The notes: a model not told the origin generated them from the letters alone. DNA of 64,000 nucleotides from an uncultured Pedobacter sp. (GCA_938008555.1 CALLKE010000093.1:4138-68137); one strand, 5' to 3'. Counted from the first letter of the stretch, positions 10,457 through 21,346 are shown. Made by a program: numbers and translations.

Positions 10457-11815
10457 ATGTCACCTCTCAATCGTTTCCATTTATTTATTCAGGAACAAGT
10501 TTTATTTGAAGCTTCGGAACCCATCTTACTTGCAGTTAGTGGAGGGCGTGATTCCATTTTGCTTGTGCACCTTTTCAAACAATGTGGCTTCAATTTTGGC
10601 ATTGCACATTGTAATTTCATGCTTCGCGGTGCAGAATCAGACGCCGATGAGCTATTCGTATCTGAACTTGCAAAAGAAATACAAGTTCCTTTCTTTTCTA
10701 CTTGTTTAGATGCTAAAAGCTATTCAAATACACATTCTGTTTCTATTCAAATGGCTGCACGTGATTTACGTTACCGTTGGTTGAATGAAACAAGAACAGC
10801 ATTTGACTTTCGGTATGTTGCACTAGCACATCACCAGAATGACACAGTCGAAACCATGCTATTGAATCTCGTTCGAGGAACTGGGATTGCTGGGTTACAT
10901 GGTATTTTACCCAAACGAGATATATTCATTCGGCCGATGCTTTGCTTTAATCGTGCTGAAATTGATCAGCTTATTGTCGAGATGAACATTCCCTATCGAG
11001 ATGATAGTTCGAATCAATCCACTAAATATGCTCGAAATAAAATCCGCTTAGAAGTTATCCCCAAACTGAAAGAGCTCAATCCTAAACTTGAAGAAACTTT
11101 CGAAGCGAATAGAAAACGTTTTGCAGAACTCGAGATGATACTCCATGATCGCATTGCAGAGTTACATCGTACCTGTTTTAAGAAAGTAGCACACCATGAG
11201 TTTCAAATCGACTTATCAGCACTTCAAAAACTGAAACCGTTGCAAACATTGCTATTTGGTCTTTTTCATCCATTTGGTTTTACAGAAAGTACATTACTTG
11301 ATCTTTCACGATCTTGGGATGGAATCCCGGGAAAACGATTTGAATCCTCGACTCATTGTCTAGTGCTTGACCGCGCTCATCTACTGTTAAGTAAAAAAAA
11401 ACTAGAACATCATGATGCTCCTTTTGAAATAAAACAGGAGGATGAACACCTCTCATGGAGACACTCACAATTCAACATTAAAAAAGTACCCATAGAGAAG
11501 TTTAAGTTGAAAAAAGATAAAGCACTTGCTCAACTTGATTGGGATCTTTTACATTTCCCTCTCACAATAAGAACTTGGCAGGAAGGCGATTCTTTTTATC
11601 CATTGGGAATGAATGGAAAGAAGAAAAAAGTGAGCGATTTTTTTATCGGACAAAAAGTACCACTGAACCATAAGAAAGGGATTCCTTTATTAATAAATGG
11701 AAATGGAGATATTCTATGTATTGTGGGATATCGGATAGATGAGCGATATCAAGTAACATCTCAGACTACAAAAATTTTTATTTTCAGCAAGCAAATTGAC
11801 ACCTATGAAGAATAA
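10457..11815 (+). CDS. tilS: tRNA(Ile)-lysidine synthase
   Basis: PP-loop SGGRDS and HHQNDTVETMLLNLVRGTG. The listed ORF begins at TTG 10451; ATG at 10457 is the more likely start. Confidence 0.9.
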   Translation: MSPLNRFHLFIQEQVLFEASEPILLAVSGGRDSILLVHLFKQCGFNFGIAHCNFMLRGAESDADELFVSELAKEIQVPFFSTCLDAKSYSNTHSVSIQMAARDLRYRWLNETRTAFDFRYVALAHHQNDTVETMLLNLVRGTGIAGLHGILPKRDIFIRPMLCFNRAEIDQLIVEMNIPYRDDSSNQSTKYARNKIRLEVIPKLKELNPKLEETFEANRKRFAELEMILHDRIAELHRTCFKKVAHHEFQIDLSALQKLKPLQTLLFGLFHPFGFTESTLLDLSRSWDGIPGKRFESSTHCLVLDRAHLLLSKKKLEHHDAPFEIKQEDEHLSWRHSQFNIKKVPIEKFKLKKDKALAQLDWDLLHFPLTIRTWQEGDSFYPLGMNGKKKKVSDFFIGQKVPLNHKKGIPLLINGNGDILCIVGYRIDERYQVTSQTTKIFIFSKQIDTYEE

Positions 11816-12299
11816 ATCAAGTGCAGCCTTTGTCGAAAAACAATATATCGGACGCGATTATGTTAGAATCAGTGTACGATTAGTGATGGCGTTGTTCTGC
11901 TTTATTGCCTACTTCTTTACCGAGGAATATGAACGAGATACAGCTAATGTCCTTTTAATTGTGGGATGTAGTATTTTATTTGTTTCTGGAGTACTTATGT
12001 TTTTGCCACACTATAAAACAATCGTGCAAAAGAAAAGTTTGATATTGAGTGGCCTATGGACCACAAGACTTGTTAAAATAAATTTGAGCAGCATCGTTGC
12101 AGTGGAACAAGTCCTTTATGGTACCTACTTGATCAATAATCCGGTATACAACTTGCATAAAAGAGGAACTATTCGATTTTATGCTGGTGGTAAATATGCT
12201 GTTAAGTTGACAGATCAAGATGGCCTGGTTTATATCATCGGCACGCAGTTTCCTGCTGAGCTAGCGCAAAAGATCAGAATCGAAATGACAAAAGACTAA
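11805..12299 (+). CDS. hypothetical membrane protein
   Basis: Two predicted TM helices (VMALFCFIAYFF, LLIVGCSILFVSGVLMF) then a ~90-aa soluble domain. ATG 11805 overlaps the tilS stop by 11 nt, which suggests translational coupling. Confidence 0.55.
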   Translation: MKNKSSAAFVEKQYIGRDYVRISVRLVMALFCFIAYFFTEEYERDTANVLLIVGCSILFVSGVLMFLPHYKTIVQKKSLILSGLWTTRLVKINLSSIVAVEQVLYGTYLINNPVYNLHKRGTIRFYAGGKYAVKLTDQDGLVYIIGTQFPAELAQKIRIEMTKD

Positions 12300-12326
12300 T
12301 ACCTTCTCCCAGCAAGAGAGAAGGTA
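12300..12326. terminator. hairpin between convergent genes
   Basis: 9-bp stem TACCTTCTC / GAGAAGGTA with a 9-nt loop, immediately after the stop at 12297-12299. Confidence 0.4.
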
Positions 12327-12337
12327 TCAGATGAGTT

Positions 12338-13303
12338 TTATTGTTTTAACCCAATTTCTAATAAACGTTCATTTAAATATTCGCCTGCAGTAGCATCTGG
12401 ATAAGCTTTGGGATGATCCTCGCTGACACACGAATCCAAACATGTAAGATCCATTGAGCCTTTAGGATGCAAAAAGAATGGAACTGAGTAGCGAGAGGTT
12501 TTCATTAATTCTCTCGGTGGGTTCACAACTCGATGTGTAGTTGATGTTAATTTATTATTTGTTAAACGTTGCAACATATCGCCAACATTGACTACAATAT
12601 CGCCCGCACCTGCCTGTACGGGGAACCATTCTCCATCACGAGTTAAAAGCTCCAATCCATCGGCACTAGCGCCAATTAATAATGTGATCAGGTTGATGTC
12701 TTCATGCGCACCTGCACGAACTGCATCAACAGGCAGATTTTCTGGGTTCTCAAGTGGGAAGTAATGTATTGCACGCAGAATAGAGTTCCCATTATGTACT
12801 TTATCGTCGAAATAATTTTCAGGTAGCTCTAGGTAAATAGCAATGGCGCGCAACAAGTGTTTACCTGCTTCCTCCAAGCGCTGATATACTTGCCGAGTTA
12901 CTGTATTAAATCGTGGAAGCTCCGTTACCTGAATATTATTTGGATATTCATCTTTTACGGGATCATCGTCTGTTACTACCTGGCCACTTTGCCAAAATTC
13001 TTTTAAATCATGCGTCTTAGCTCCTTTAGCTATCTCAACCCCCTTGCTGATATAGCCTCGTTGCCTAGCAAGTTCGGGCCGCTCATATTTTACTTTAGAC
13101 TCGTCTGGTAGATCAAAAAACTTCTTTACTTCAACATAGAGCTCATCCATCAATTCTTGAGTCATACCATGGTTAGCGATAGTGACAAATCCTGTTTCTT
13201 TATATGCCTTTCCAATGGCATCAGAGAATTTCTTTTTCTGCTCTGCATTACCATGAACATAATCGTTCAGGTCTAAATGCGGGATATTGATTTCTACTGT
13301 CAT
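12338..13303 (-). CDS. 2-oxoglutarate/Fe(II)-dependent oxygenase (isopenicillin N synthase-like)
   Basis: H-x-D (GAHEDIN), distal His (TTHRV) and RYSVPFF in the usual order and spacing. Confidence 0.8.
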   Translation of the reverse strand: MTVEINIPHLDLNDYVHGNAEQKKKFSDAIGKAYKETGFVTIANHGMTQELMDELYVEVKKFFDLPDESKVKYERPELARQRGYISKGVEIAKGAKTHDLKEFWQSGQVVTDDDPVKDEYPNNIQVTELPRFNTVTRQVYQRLEEAGKHLLRAIAIYLELPENYFDDKVHNGNSILRAIHYFPLENPENLPVDAVRAGAHEDINLITLLIGASADGLELLTRDGEWFPVQAGAGDIVVNVGDMLQRLTNNKLTSTTHRVVNPPRELMKTSRYSVPFFLHPKGSMDLTCLDSCVSEDHPKAYPDATAGEYLNERLLEIGLKQ

Positions 13304-13616
13304 ATGATTTTTGGCGGTTGATTTTCAGATAGGCAAAGGTAGATTAATTAAGAATAGTTGATATGCCGCATGCTTAAACTTTTCCTCAGTTTCGCAAGTT
13401 AAAATTCATCAGATCTTTCGTTGTGGTTCGGCCTTTAATCATGTTCGAAAGTTTCCTCTCTGATGGAGTTTTAGAATGGAATGGAATTGCTTTTCGTTTG
13501 TTTATTACCCAATCTACAATTCACCTCCAAACGAAATAGTTTAGAAAAAAGACCAGGCAAGCTCATTAAATAAATATTAATTATTGATAATAGTTTCTAC
13601 GTTATCTTTGTGATCG

Positions 13617-14222
13617 ATGGATGTATTATTTTTCAGCATATTAGATGGATTAGATCACCAAAAATTTCTAGAAATTTTTGGTGTGGCTACAGGAATTTTA
13701 TGCGTTTATTTTGCAGCAAAAAATAACATTTGGAATTGGCCAATAGCAATCGTCAGCGTCACGACTTACATCGTCATATTTTGGGAGACCAAATTGTATG
13801 CAGATATGGGTTTGCAATTTTATTTCATGATCACCAATTTTTATGGCTGGTATTTTTGGAGCCGTAAATCTGCATCAGCACCCAAAGTAAAAATTGAAAG
13901 TATTACCAAAAAACAAATTTATGTTTCGGCAATAGCAATCATTGTTTTTACAGCATTGTTAGGGTTTCTATTAAAGCATCAAACAGATGCATCTTTCCCA
14001 TTTATAGATAGTTTTTGTACAGCCTGTAGCTTAGTTGCTCAGTTCTTTTTAGCCCGAAAGGTATTGGAAAATTGGTTGATCTGGATTTTTGCCGATCTAA
14101 TTTATGTAGGCGTCTATGTTGCTAAGGGTTTAGATCTAACAGCAGCGATGTATGCCTTATTCATATATATCGCCTTGATGGGATATCTAGATTGGCGTAG
14201 AGAATATCGTTTTAATCAATAG
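13617..14222 (+). CDS. pnuC: nicotinamide riboside transporter PnuC family
   Basis: Small multi-TM protein with Trp-rich PnuC signatures (NIWNWPIAIVS, FYGWYFW, ENWLIWIFADLIYV). Confidence 0.85.
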   Translation: MDVLFFSILDGLDHQKFLEIFGVATGILCVYFAAKNNIWNWPIAIVSVTTYIVIFWETKLYADMGLQFYFMITNFYGWYFWSRKSASAPKVKIESITKKQIYVSAIAIIVFTALLGFLLKHQTDASFPFIDSFCTACSLVAQFFLARKVLENWLIWIFADLIYVGVYVAKGLDLTAAMYALFIYIALMGYLDWRREYRFNQ

Positions 14223-14302
14223 AAGGTAAAGAATCGCCTGTGCAATAACCAGGTTTTTGCTCAGCAAGTGTTGTAACCTGCAAAAATCACTTCTCAAAAA
14301 AT

Positions 14303-15985
14303 ATGCATTTTTGTGGCATGTCAAACAGCATCATCAATAAAAAATTCAGCTCTTTACTCGTGAATAAAAATCAATTATTAGGAATATCCAGTGCATTTCT
14401 TTTATGGCTTTCGTGGCCTCCAATTCCATTTACAAGTCCATTGTTACTAATCGCGTTGGTACCCTTATTGTTGGCGGTAGAGCATATTATTCAATCTGAT
14501 CAACGTAAAAAAGGGGCTAAAATCTTTTGGCTTTGTGCCGCTGTTTTTTTTCTTTGGAATGCAACATGCACGTACTGGATCTTTAATTCTCTGTGTGCTT
14601 CCATGTCTGTCTGGATTGCTGCATTGGTCATATTATTCCCATTTGGAACAGCTACCCTACTCATGACATCTGGTTTCTGGTTGTATTATCGTTTAAGGTT
14701 AATAATGCCTAAAATATGGGCTTATATCGGCTTAATATGTTTTTGGATCGGCTATGAATTTTTGTATCAAAGCTGGGATGCTCCTTTTCCTTGGATGAAT
14801 TTAGGAAACGGGTTCGCTCAAAGCCATCAACTCATACAGTGGTACGAGTATACGGGCGTATATGGAGGTACTTTATGGATTTTGATCGTTAATATTTTGA
14901 TTTTCGATACCCTCATCTCGTTCCTCTCCAAAGGAGAAAAAGACAAATATAAATTTCTATCTGGGGTGAAATTGAGTATGCTAGTCGCGCTTACTCCGAT
15001 GCTTATTTCGCTGATGCTTTACTTCAATTATCAAGAAAAGTCAAATCCTTCCAATGTAGTAGTCGTTCAGCCTAATATAAATCCCTATATGAAATATACC
15101 GTGCACCCTGCTGTGCAAACACAGAATCTAATTCATCTTTCTGATTCAATAGGACAGGTCAATACTGAATATTTTATTTGGCCAGAAACAGCTATTCCTG
15201 ATTTTAGCAATGAGGACTCTATTCATAGTAATACCAATTATTTAACGATTCGATCATTTTTAAATAAATATAAAAATGGCAATGTAGTCTCAGGAATTGA
15301 AAGCTATCTATTATATAATCAAGCCAAAACATCCACAGCACATTTGGATGAATACTCAGGAAAATATATAGATAGTTTCAATGCGGCTATACAGATTGAG
15401 AATGCCGATAAAGTTCAATTTTATCATAAGTCTAAACTAGTGCCAGGCGTGGAAACATTGCCATTTGCATCCCTTTTGGGCTTCCTAAAGCCTGTCTTTG
15501 CAAGCCTAGGTGGGGCAACTGGAAGATATGGACGACAAGAAACAGCGAGCGTGTTTTATTCGCAAAGCGGTATTGGCCTTGCACCTGTTATTTGCTACGA
15601 ATCTATTTGGGGGGGATATGTAGCCACTTATATAAAATTAGGTGCACAGTTCATCGCCATTATGACCAATGATGGTTGGTGGGGGAATACATCAGGCAAA
15701 AATCAGCACTTAGAATACGCCAAATTAAGGGCCATAGAAACCCGGCGCTGGGTTGCACGCTCTGCTAATACAGGAATTTCAGCTTTTATCAATCAGCGAG
15801 GCGATGTGGTCAAACAATCTAAGTGGTGGGTACCTACTGCCTTGAAAGCGGATATTAATCTAAATGACGAGCTCACGTTTTATGTTAAAAGTGGAGACTA
15901 TATCGCATATGCTGGCTCATTTGGATGTGGAATCTTTGGCCTAATCATATTTATCGGCATATTTCGAACAAAGAAGACTTCTTAA
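14303..15985 (+). CDS. lnt: apolipoprotein N-acyltransferase
   Basis: N-terminal multi-TM region plus C-terminal CN-hydrolase domain (WPETAIP, HKSKLVPGVE, ICYESIWG). Alternative start at ATG 14318. Confidence 0.9.
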   Translation: MHFCGMSNSIINKKFSSLLVNKNQLLGISSAFLLWLSWPPIPFTSPLLLIALVPLLLAVEHIIQSDQRKKGAKIFWLCAAVFFLWNATCTYWIFNSLCASMSVWIAALVILFPFGTATLLMTSGFWLYYRLRLIMPKIWAYIGLICFWIGYEFLYQSWDAPFPWMNLGNGFAQSHQLIQWYEYTGVYGGTLWILIVNILIFDTLISFLSKGEKDKYKFLSGVKLSMLVALTPMLISLMLYFNYQEKSNPSNVVVVQPNINPYMKYTVHPAVQTQNLIHLSDSIGQVNTEYFIWPETAIPDFSNEDSIHSNTNYLTIRSFLNKYKNGNVVSGIESYLLYNQAKTSTAHLDEYSGKYIDSFNAAIQIENADKVQFYHKSKLVPGVETLPFASLLGFLKPVFASLGGATGRYGRQETASVFYSQSGIGLAPVICYESIWGGYVATYIKLGAQFIAIMTNDGWWGNTSGKNQHLEYAKLRAIETRRWVARSANTGISAFINQRGDVVKQSKWWVPTALKADINLNDELTFYVKSGDYIAYAGSFGCGIFGLIIFIGIFRTKKTS

Positions 15986-16120
15986 ACACATTTGTTTTTC
16001 AAATTATATTTTTACTTTAAAGAAATTTTTTTCATTAAACAATAATTTTTATACCATCTAAACGCTAATACAATAACATACAGTTGAAAAAATATTGTTT
16101 TACCTTAAAAAAGAAAAAAT

Positions 16121-17737
16121 ATGAAAAACGACTTGTTGTATTCGATTGGTTTACTCCTACTCCTGTGTACCTGTAAAAAAGCACAAGCGCCATCAGAAAC
16201 AAAAATGCTTTCTGAAGACACAAAAAATATAATACCCAAGACCGCTATTGACAGCTACATCACCAATTCAATCAAAGCAAAAAATGATTTTAAATGGGCT
16301 TATGCCAGTGATGTAATGGTTTGGAGTGCTTTGAAGCAGTCTGACAAGGTTTTGTCCATAGGCTATAAGCCAGCCAACTGGACAAATACCGACGTGACTG
16401 CCAAGATGCAAACAATTAATATCCAATCTCAGCAATACCAAGAGGTGAAAGCACGAATCCTCCAAATGGTTTGGGAAGAAGAGCGAAAAAGCCGTCCCAA
16501 TCTAAAAATAGAAGAACTAGAAGTTTGGCCAGAAAAGTATTTACCTGTCATTTGTGTATCAGCTCAAAACTTAAGTACTATCAAAAAACTGCGGCAATCT
16601 CAACTTGTTCGTTATGTCGAACCAATAGGTTATCAATATGGCACTGCAGCACAAAATAATGGAGGAAATGAATTGCAAAGTGGTCTCAATTTTGGCTGCG
16701 TGGGAGCTGCTCCTTACACTGGAAATTTGATTCCAGTTATAGACTATGATGTAGTTTCACCTTTAGCCAAAGCTTCCTGGAATTTTAAACATCACAATAT
16801 ACAATCAGGTTGGAAAGTGAGTAGCGGCAAAGGAGTTAAAGTAATGGTTGTTGATACAGGATGCAGCTTCCAGCAGAAGAACTTAAATGATGGTTTTAAT
16901 CAAGGTGAGTCTTTTGGCCGTACAATTGAACACCTGGTCACTTTGCCAAAAACAACAAGCTTCTTTGGTATGTTTCATGGTGAAGATGAAACACCCGACG
17001 ATCCCTGTGGTCATGGAACTCAAATGTCAGGAGCCGTTGCTGGGCCCCGAGGTACTGATGGCAGTGCGTGCGGTGTTGCTTACAACTGTGATTTAGTCAC
17101 AGTACGCGCATCACATGATGTCATCTTAGATGAAAGCCGTGAAGCACAGGGCGTTGCTGATGCCTTCAACATAGCAGCTAACAGAGATGATATTAAAATT
17201 ATCAGTATGAGCATGGGTTATCCATTTTATATCTCTCAGGTTGCCGATGCCATCAAAAATGCAACTGATCGTGGTAAGCTAGTTTTCTGTGCAGCAGGAA
17301 CCACTACTCGTTGGACTAATTGGGGTTGGGTAGCATTTCCTGCTAACATGCCCATCGTGAATGCCGTTACAGGGGTTCAGGATAACCAAAACGTGAGGTG
17401 CGACGTCTGCCATGAAGGCCCTGAGGTAGACTTTGTCGTCGTGATGGAAAAGAATCTCAATAAATTGGAAGCGCTTAGCCTGTCTATGAGCGGGCATACA
17501 CCATCCGTAGTTGGGGGTTCATCCATCGCAACCGCTAGTATGACTGGTATGGCTGCTATGGTCTGGAGTAAATTTCCGAATAAATCGGCTTCGGAAATTT
17601 TAGATATTCTAAAAGCCTCATCCGTTAATCCAGATAATAATCCCAATTGGGGAGCTGGGTTTTTAAAAGTGGATCAAGCATTAGGAATCAGTGGTGGACC
17701 ACGTCATAACTCACAACCAGTAGCGCATACCTGGTGA
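16121..17737 (+). CDS. S8 family (subtilisin-like) serine peptidase, lipoprotein
   Basis: Lipobox LLLLCTC. Asp (VMVVDTGC), His (HGTQMSGAVAG) and Ser (GGSSIATASMTG) catalytic contexts occur in S8 order. Confidence 0.8.
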   Translation: MKNDLLYSIGLLLLLCTCKKAQAPSETKMLSEDTKNIIPKTAIDSYITNSIKAKNDFKWAYASDVMVWSALKQSDKVLSIGYKPANWTNTDVTAKMQTINIQSQQYQEVKARILQMVWEEERKSRPNLKIEELEVWPEKYLPVICVSAQNLSTIKKLRQSQLVRYVEPIGYQYGTAAQNNGGNELQSGLNFGCVGAAPYTGNLIPVIDYDVVSPLAKASWNFKHHNIQSGWKVSSGKGVKVMVVDTGCSFQQKNLNDGFNQGESFGRTIEHLVTLPKTTSFFGMFHGEDETPDDPCGHGTQMSGAVAGPRGTDGSACGVAYNCDLVTVRASHDVILDESREAQGVADAFNIAANRDDIKIISMSMGYPFYISQVADAIKNATDRGKLVFCAAGTTTRWTNWGWVAFPANMPIVNAVTGVQDNQNVRCDVCHEGPEVDFVVVMEKNLNKLEALSLSMSGHTPSVVGGSSIATASMTGMAAMVWSKFPNKSASEILDILKASSVNPDNNPNWGAGFLKVDQALGISGGPRHNSQPVAHTW

Positions 17738-17782
17738 CATGGTTATTTGAACAAATAGCAAGCTAACTAGCAGCACCTCCAA

Positions 17783-19522
17783 TTAGAACAAATATTTTCC
17801 GACGATAGGCATCCGTCTACCTAAGCCAAATGCTTTGGGGGATACACGTAGGATTGGCGGTGTTTGATATCGTTTGAATTCAGCCGCATTCACCAATTTG
17901 AGGATACGATACACCAAAACCTCTTCAAATCCGAGGGCAATAATTGCGCTCGGACTTTTTTTAAGCTCAATATATTCAAACAAAATTTGATCCAATACAT
18001 CATACGTTGGCAGTGAATCCGAGTCTTTTTGTCCAGGTCGTAGCTCAGCAGACGGTGGTTTGATCAGTATGTTTTTTGGAATAATTTCCTGATCACGGTT
18101 GATATACTCACAAAGTTGATAGACTTGTATTTTATAAATATCTCCAATCACCCCCATAGCTCCAGCCATATCGCCATAAAGTGTGCCATAGCCTACAGCA
18201 AGTTCACTTTTATTGGAAGTATTGAGTAAAATATAGCCAAACTTATTAGACATGGCCATTACTGTGACTGCTCTACAGCGTGATTGTATGTTTTCTTCCG
18301 CAATATTAAAAGGCAAATCGTTGAACAAAGGTTTCATCATGACGTCAAATGCTGAAACTGCTTTTTTGACTGAGATAATTTCATGTTTACATCCCAAATT
18401 CTCGACCAAATCTAAAGCATCTTTTATAGAATGATCAGATGAAAATTCAGAGGGCATCAGCACAGCCATTACATTTTCGGGGCCCAAAGCTTTGCTTGCA
18501 AGTACACACACCAATGCAGAATCAATACCTCCCGATAAACCTAAAATCGCTTTGGAAAAACCTGATTTCTTAAAATAATCTTGAATACCTAAGATTAAAG
18601 CATCATGAATAAATGGCATGGCATCTTCTATACCTAAAACACTCGTTTCTTTCGGAGCGGCGATATCTAGCCCCCCCTTCTGCTCGGAACGAACCTGATC
18701 AAAGTTCTTCGTTTTGGAGGATTTATGTTGAGGATGAATATCTATCTCTCTTGAAAAAGGCACAGTGAGATTATAATAGTGCATAGCCTCCGTAAAACCA
18801 GGCATTTCATCAACTACGTGCCCTTGCTTATCAAAAACCAAAGAGCGTCCATCAAAAATAATTTCTGTTTGAGCACCTACCTGATTCACATAAAAGAGGG
18901 GAAGATTGTATTGATGACAATTATTTTTCAAAACAGATACACGTTCCTTGTGATGCCGATATGAAAATGGAGAGGCAGCGATATTAATCATCAGATCAGG
19001 TTTTTCTCTGATCAAAATATCCATGGGCGACTCCACATAAAGTGGATTATGATTCATATTCCAGAGATCCTCACAGATGGTTAGCGCAATTTTAAAACCC
19101 ATCAAGTCAATGCAATGGATTTTAGTAGCTACAGACGGTTCAAAGTAACGACACTCATCAAAAACATCGTAATTGGGTAAAAGGGTTTTATATATAGTCG
19201 CTTTTCGTTTTTTATTCTCGATAAAGACAGCAGAATTATATAAATCTTTTCCTTTGAGATCTGTATTTCTAACAGGGGCTCCGATGATGCAAGCTATATT
19301 ATCACAAACACCGGCGATCTGCTCAACAGCATGCTCACATAAATCGATGAAGTTTGTAAACTCTAACAGATCAAGAGGGGGATATCCACAAATAGCAAGC
19401 TCTGCAAATACAATTAAGTCTGCTTTTTGCTGTTTTGCTTGTTCAATGGCTTGTATGATTTTTTGAGTGTTTGCTTCGAGGTTCCCGATATGATAATTAA
19501 GCTGAGCTAACGCGATCTTCAT
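17783..19522 (-). CDS. nadE: glutamine-dependent NAD+ synthase
   Basis: N-terminal CN-hydrolase glutaminase domain (FAELAICGYPP, LTICEDLW) and C-terminal PP-loop (GLSGGIDSA). The listed ORF starts at TTG 19528; ATG 19522 (MKIALAQ) is more likely. Confidence 0.9.
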   Translation of the reverse strand: MKIALAQLNYHIGNLEANTQKIIQAIEQAKQQKADLIVFAELAICGYPPLDLLEFTNFIDLCEHAVEQIAGVCDNIACIIGAPVRNTDLKGKDLYNSAVFIENKKRKATIYKTLLPNYDVFDECRYFEPSVATKIHCIDLMGFKIALTICEDLWNMNHNPLYVESPMDILIREKPDLMINIAASPFSYRHHKERVSVLKNNCHQYNLPLFYVNQVGAQTEIIFDGRSLVFDKQGHVVDEMPGFTEAMHYYNLTVPFSREIDIHPQHKSSKTKNFDQVRSEQKGGLDIAAPKETSVLGIEDAMPFIHDALILGIQDYFKKSGFSKAILGLSGGIDSALVCVLASKALGPENVMAVLMPSEFSSDHSIKDALDLVENLGCKHEIISVKKAVSAFDVMMKPLFNDLPFNIAEENIQSRCRAVTVMAMSNKFGYILLNTSNKSELAVGYGTLYGDMAGAMGVIGDIYKIQVYQLCEYINRDQEIIPKNILIKPPSAELRPGQKDSDSLPTYDVLDQILFEYIELKKSPSAIIALGFEEVLVYRILKLVNAAEFKRYQTPPILRVSPKAFGLGRRMPIVGKYLF

Positions 19523-19555
19523 GTACAATTTTATAAATTAGCGAACAATCCTTAA

Positions 19556-20581
19556 ATGATGAAATCCACGCGAATTTACCTGTTTTTTTTCACCGCTCTC
19601 ATTTTAGTTTCTTGCAGCAACCATCAAGATATAGATGTCAGTAACATCCATCTCAATCTAAAAATTGAGCGCTTTGACCAAGCAATGGCGAACTTATCGC
19701 CTTCGAATATTACCACGCAAGCACCTGCACTACAGAAAAAATATGGCTCTTTTTATAATGATTACATGCAGCGTATGCTGGAAGTAGGATCAACTTCAGA
19801 TACAGCTTATTATAAATCATTGAGAATTGTTTTGCAAAACAAAGATTATTTGGAATTAAAATCCTCGGTAGCAAGCACGTATCCTCAGATGGATAAAATA
19901 GAAACCGAACTAAATGATGCATTCAAGCATATTCTCTATTACTATCCAAAACAAAAGCTGCCTCGACTCATTACTTTTTTATCAGGATTTGCAGTTCAAA
20001 CCCCTATTGGCAATGACTATATTGGCATCGGCTTAGATATGTTTTTGGGAGCAGATTCTAAATTTTATCCCGCTCTGCGTCAGAGTTTACCACAATATCT
20101 TACCAGGCGTTTTACCCCACAGAATATTACTCCAAGGGTGATAGAGGTGTTTATTCGCGAAAATATGTTTCCAGAAGAAGACAAGGATCGTTCATTATTG
20201 AGTAAAGCTGTTTATAATGGGAAAATAATGTACTGTATGAGTGCCATGATGCCAACTATGGCCGATACTTTAAAGATTGGTTATAAAACCAAACAATTGG
20301 AATGGTGTAAAAATAACGAAGCGAGCATTTGGGCTTATTTTTTAGACAATGATTTACTCTATGAAACAGATTACCTGAAAATACAAAAGTACCTTTCTGA
20401 GGCTCCCTTTACCCCAGGTCTTGGCGATCAATCAGAATCGGCACCTAAATTGGGGATCTGGATCGGGTGGCAAATTGTAAAAAGGTATATGGATAAAAAT
20501 CCTCGAGTAACGCTACAGCAGTTGATGAATGAAAAAGATGCGCAGCGAATCCTCCAACTATCGAACTATAAACCCAAATAG
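19556..20581 (+). CDS. gldB: GldB-like gliding motility lipoprotein
   Basis: Lipobox LILVSC. The N-terminal IDVSNIHLNLKIERFDQ and ~340-aa size resemble GldB as I remember the family. Not verified by a search. Confidence 0.6.
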   Translation: MMKSTRIYLFFFTALILVSCSNHQDIDVSNIHLNLKIERFDQAMANLSPSNITTQAPALQKKYGSFYNDYMQRMLEVGSTSDTAYYKSLRIVLQNKDYLELKSSVASTYPQMDKIETELNDAFKHILYYYPKQKLPRLITFLSGFAVQTPIGNDYIGIGLDMFLGADSKFYPALRQSLPQYLTRRFTPQNITPRVIEVFIRENMFPEEDKDRSLLSKAVYNGKIMYCMSAMMPTMADTLKIGYKTKQLEWCKNNEASIWAYFLDNDLLYETDYLKIQKYLSEAPFTPGLGDQSESAPKLGIWIGWQIVKRYMDKNPRVTLQQLMNEKDAQRILQLSNYKPK

Positions 20582-20815
20582 ACTTTTTCTCTAGGTTCAG
20601 GCTATTGATCATCAGCCATTAATAGATTGACATGATTAATAGCATGGACCTCCGTTTGGGCTTTTCATCCATGAAGAATCAATCGTACGCTTAGAAATGA
20701 TACAAAAGCCGATATCGATTATTCATTTTTAGCTGCCTCATAAAAAGGAGTGAATCTTTTTAGAATATTAGCACTGATATCCTTTGAAACCTTTCTTGTA
20801 TGCATGCCATCACAA

Positions 20816-21346
20816 CTAGTGAGCAGCAACAAATGTTTTAACTAGGCCTACTCGTCTTCCCGGGTATGATCTCTCTTTTTTGATTTTGGGTCTTACAATT
20901 TTGTAAATAGCTGTAGCAGTACCTAAAATACGATCAGACTTTCCCATAGCAACAATTTCTAGCGTACACCTCGTAGCCCCGTTATCTAGTATAGGAAGCT
21001 TAAAATCGCTGGACGAGCCCTCTTCCCACTCACCATTTATTCGTTGCTCTTTCAAGTCCACTCCGGGTATTACCGACGATGTCCAATAAACATGTTTTTT
21101 ATTATCGATAACCTTTATCAAAAACATGGCTGTTCCTGCAGGCGCATTTTCCCACGATACATGAGGTAGTTTAAGCCCCCTCAATCGAGCAGAATCGATT
21201 CCATCTTTAAAGGTGTTTGATGATACTTTAAATTTTGCAAAGCTTGCTTTTTGCCTGGTACTTGGTGTTATTGAATCTTTTCGACATCCGATAGTGCATA
21301 GGCTGATAAGCACAATGCCGAGTGTTATTTTTAGCTGGTTTTTCAT
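20816..21346 (-). CDS. hypothetical lipoprotein
   Basis: Lipobox LCTIGC. A weak PEBP/YbhB-like pattern (HVSWENAPAGT...HVYWTSSVIPG) lacks the canonical DPDAP/GxHR motifs, so it is left unassigned. Confidence 0.5.
   Translation of the reverse strand: MKNQLKITLGIVLISLCTIGCRKDSITPSTRQKASFAKFKVSSNTFKDGIDSARLRGLKLPHVSWENAPAGTAMFLIKVIDNKKHVYWTSSVIPGVDLKEQRINGEWEEGSSSDFKLPILDNGATRCTLEIVAMGKSDRILGTATAIYKIVRPKIKKERSYPGRRVGLVKTFVAAH

Noticed and set aside
16268-17646. Five short ORFs inside the S8 peptidase gene: alternative-frame on the plus strand (16471-16659, 16887-17096) and antisense on the minus strand (16268-16465, 17279-17497, 17377-17646)
   Set aside because: All overlap the peptidase frame, which carries the catalytic motifs. 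None has independent support.
18252-19466. Plus-strand ORFs inside nadE
   Set aside because: They are antisense to nadE and have no motifs.
20816-21346. PEBP/YbhB-like assignment for the 176-aa lipoprotein
   Set aside because: Only a loose pattern match (HVSWENAPAGT, HVYWTSSVIPG). The canonical PEBP motifs are absent, so it is kept as hypothetical.
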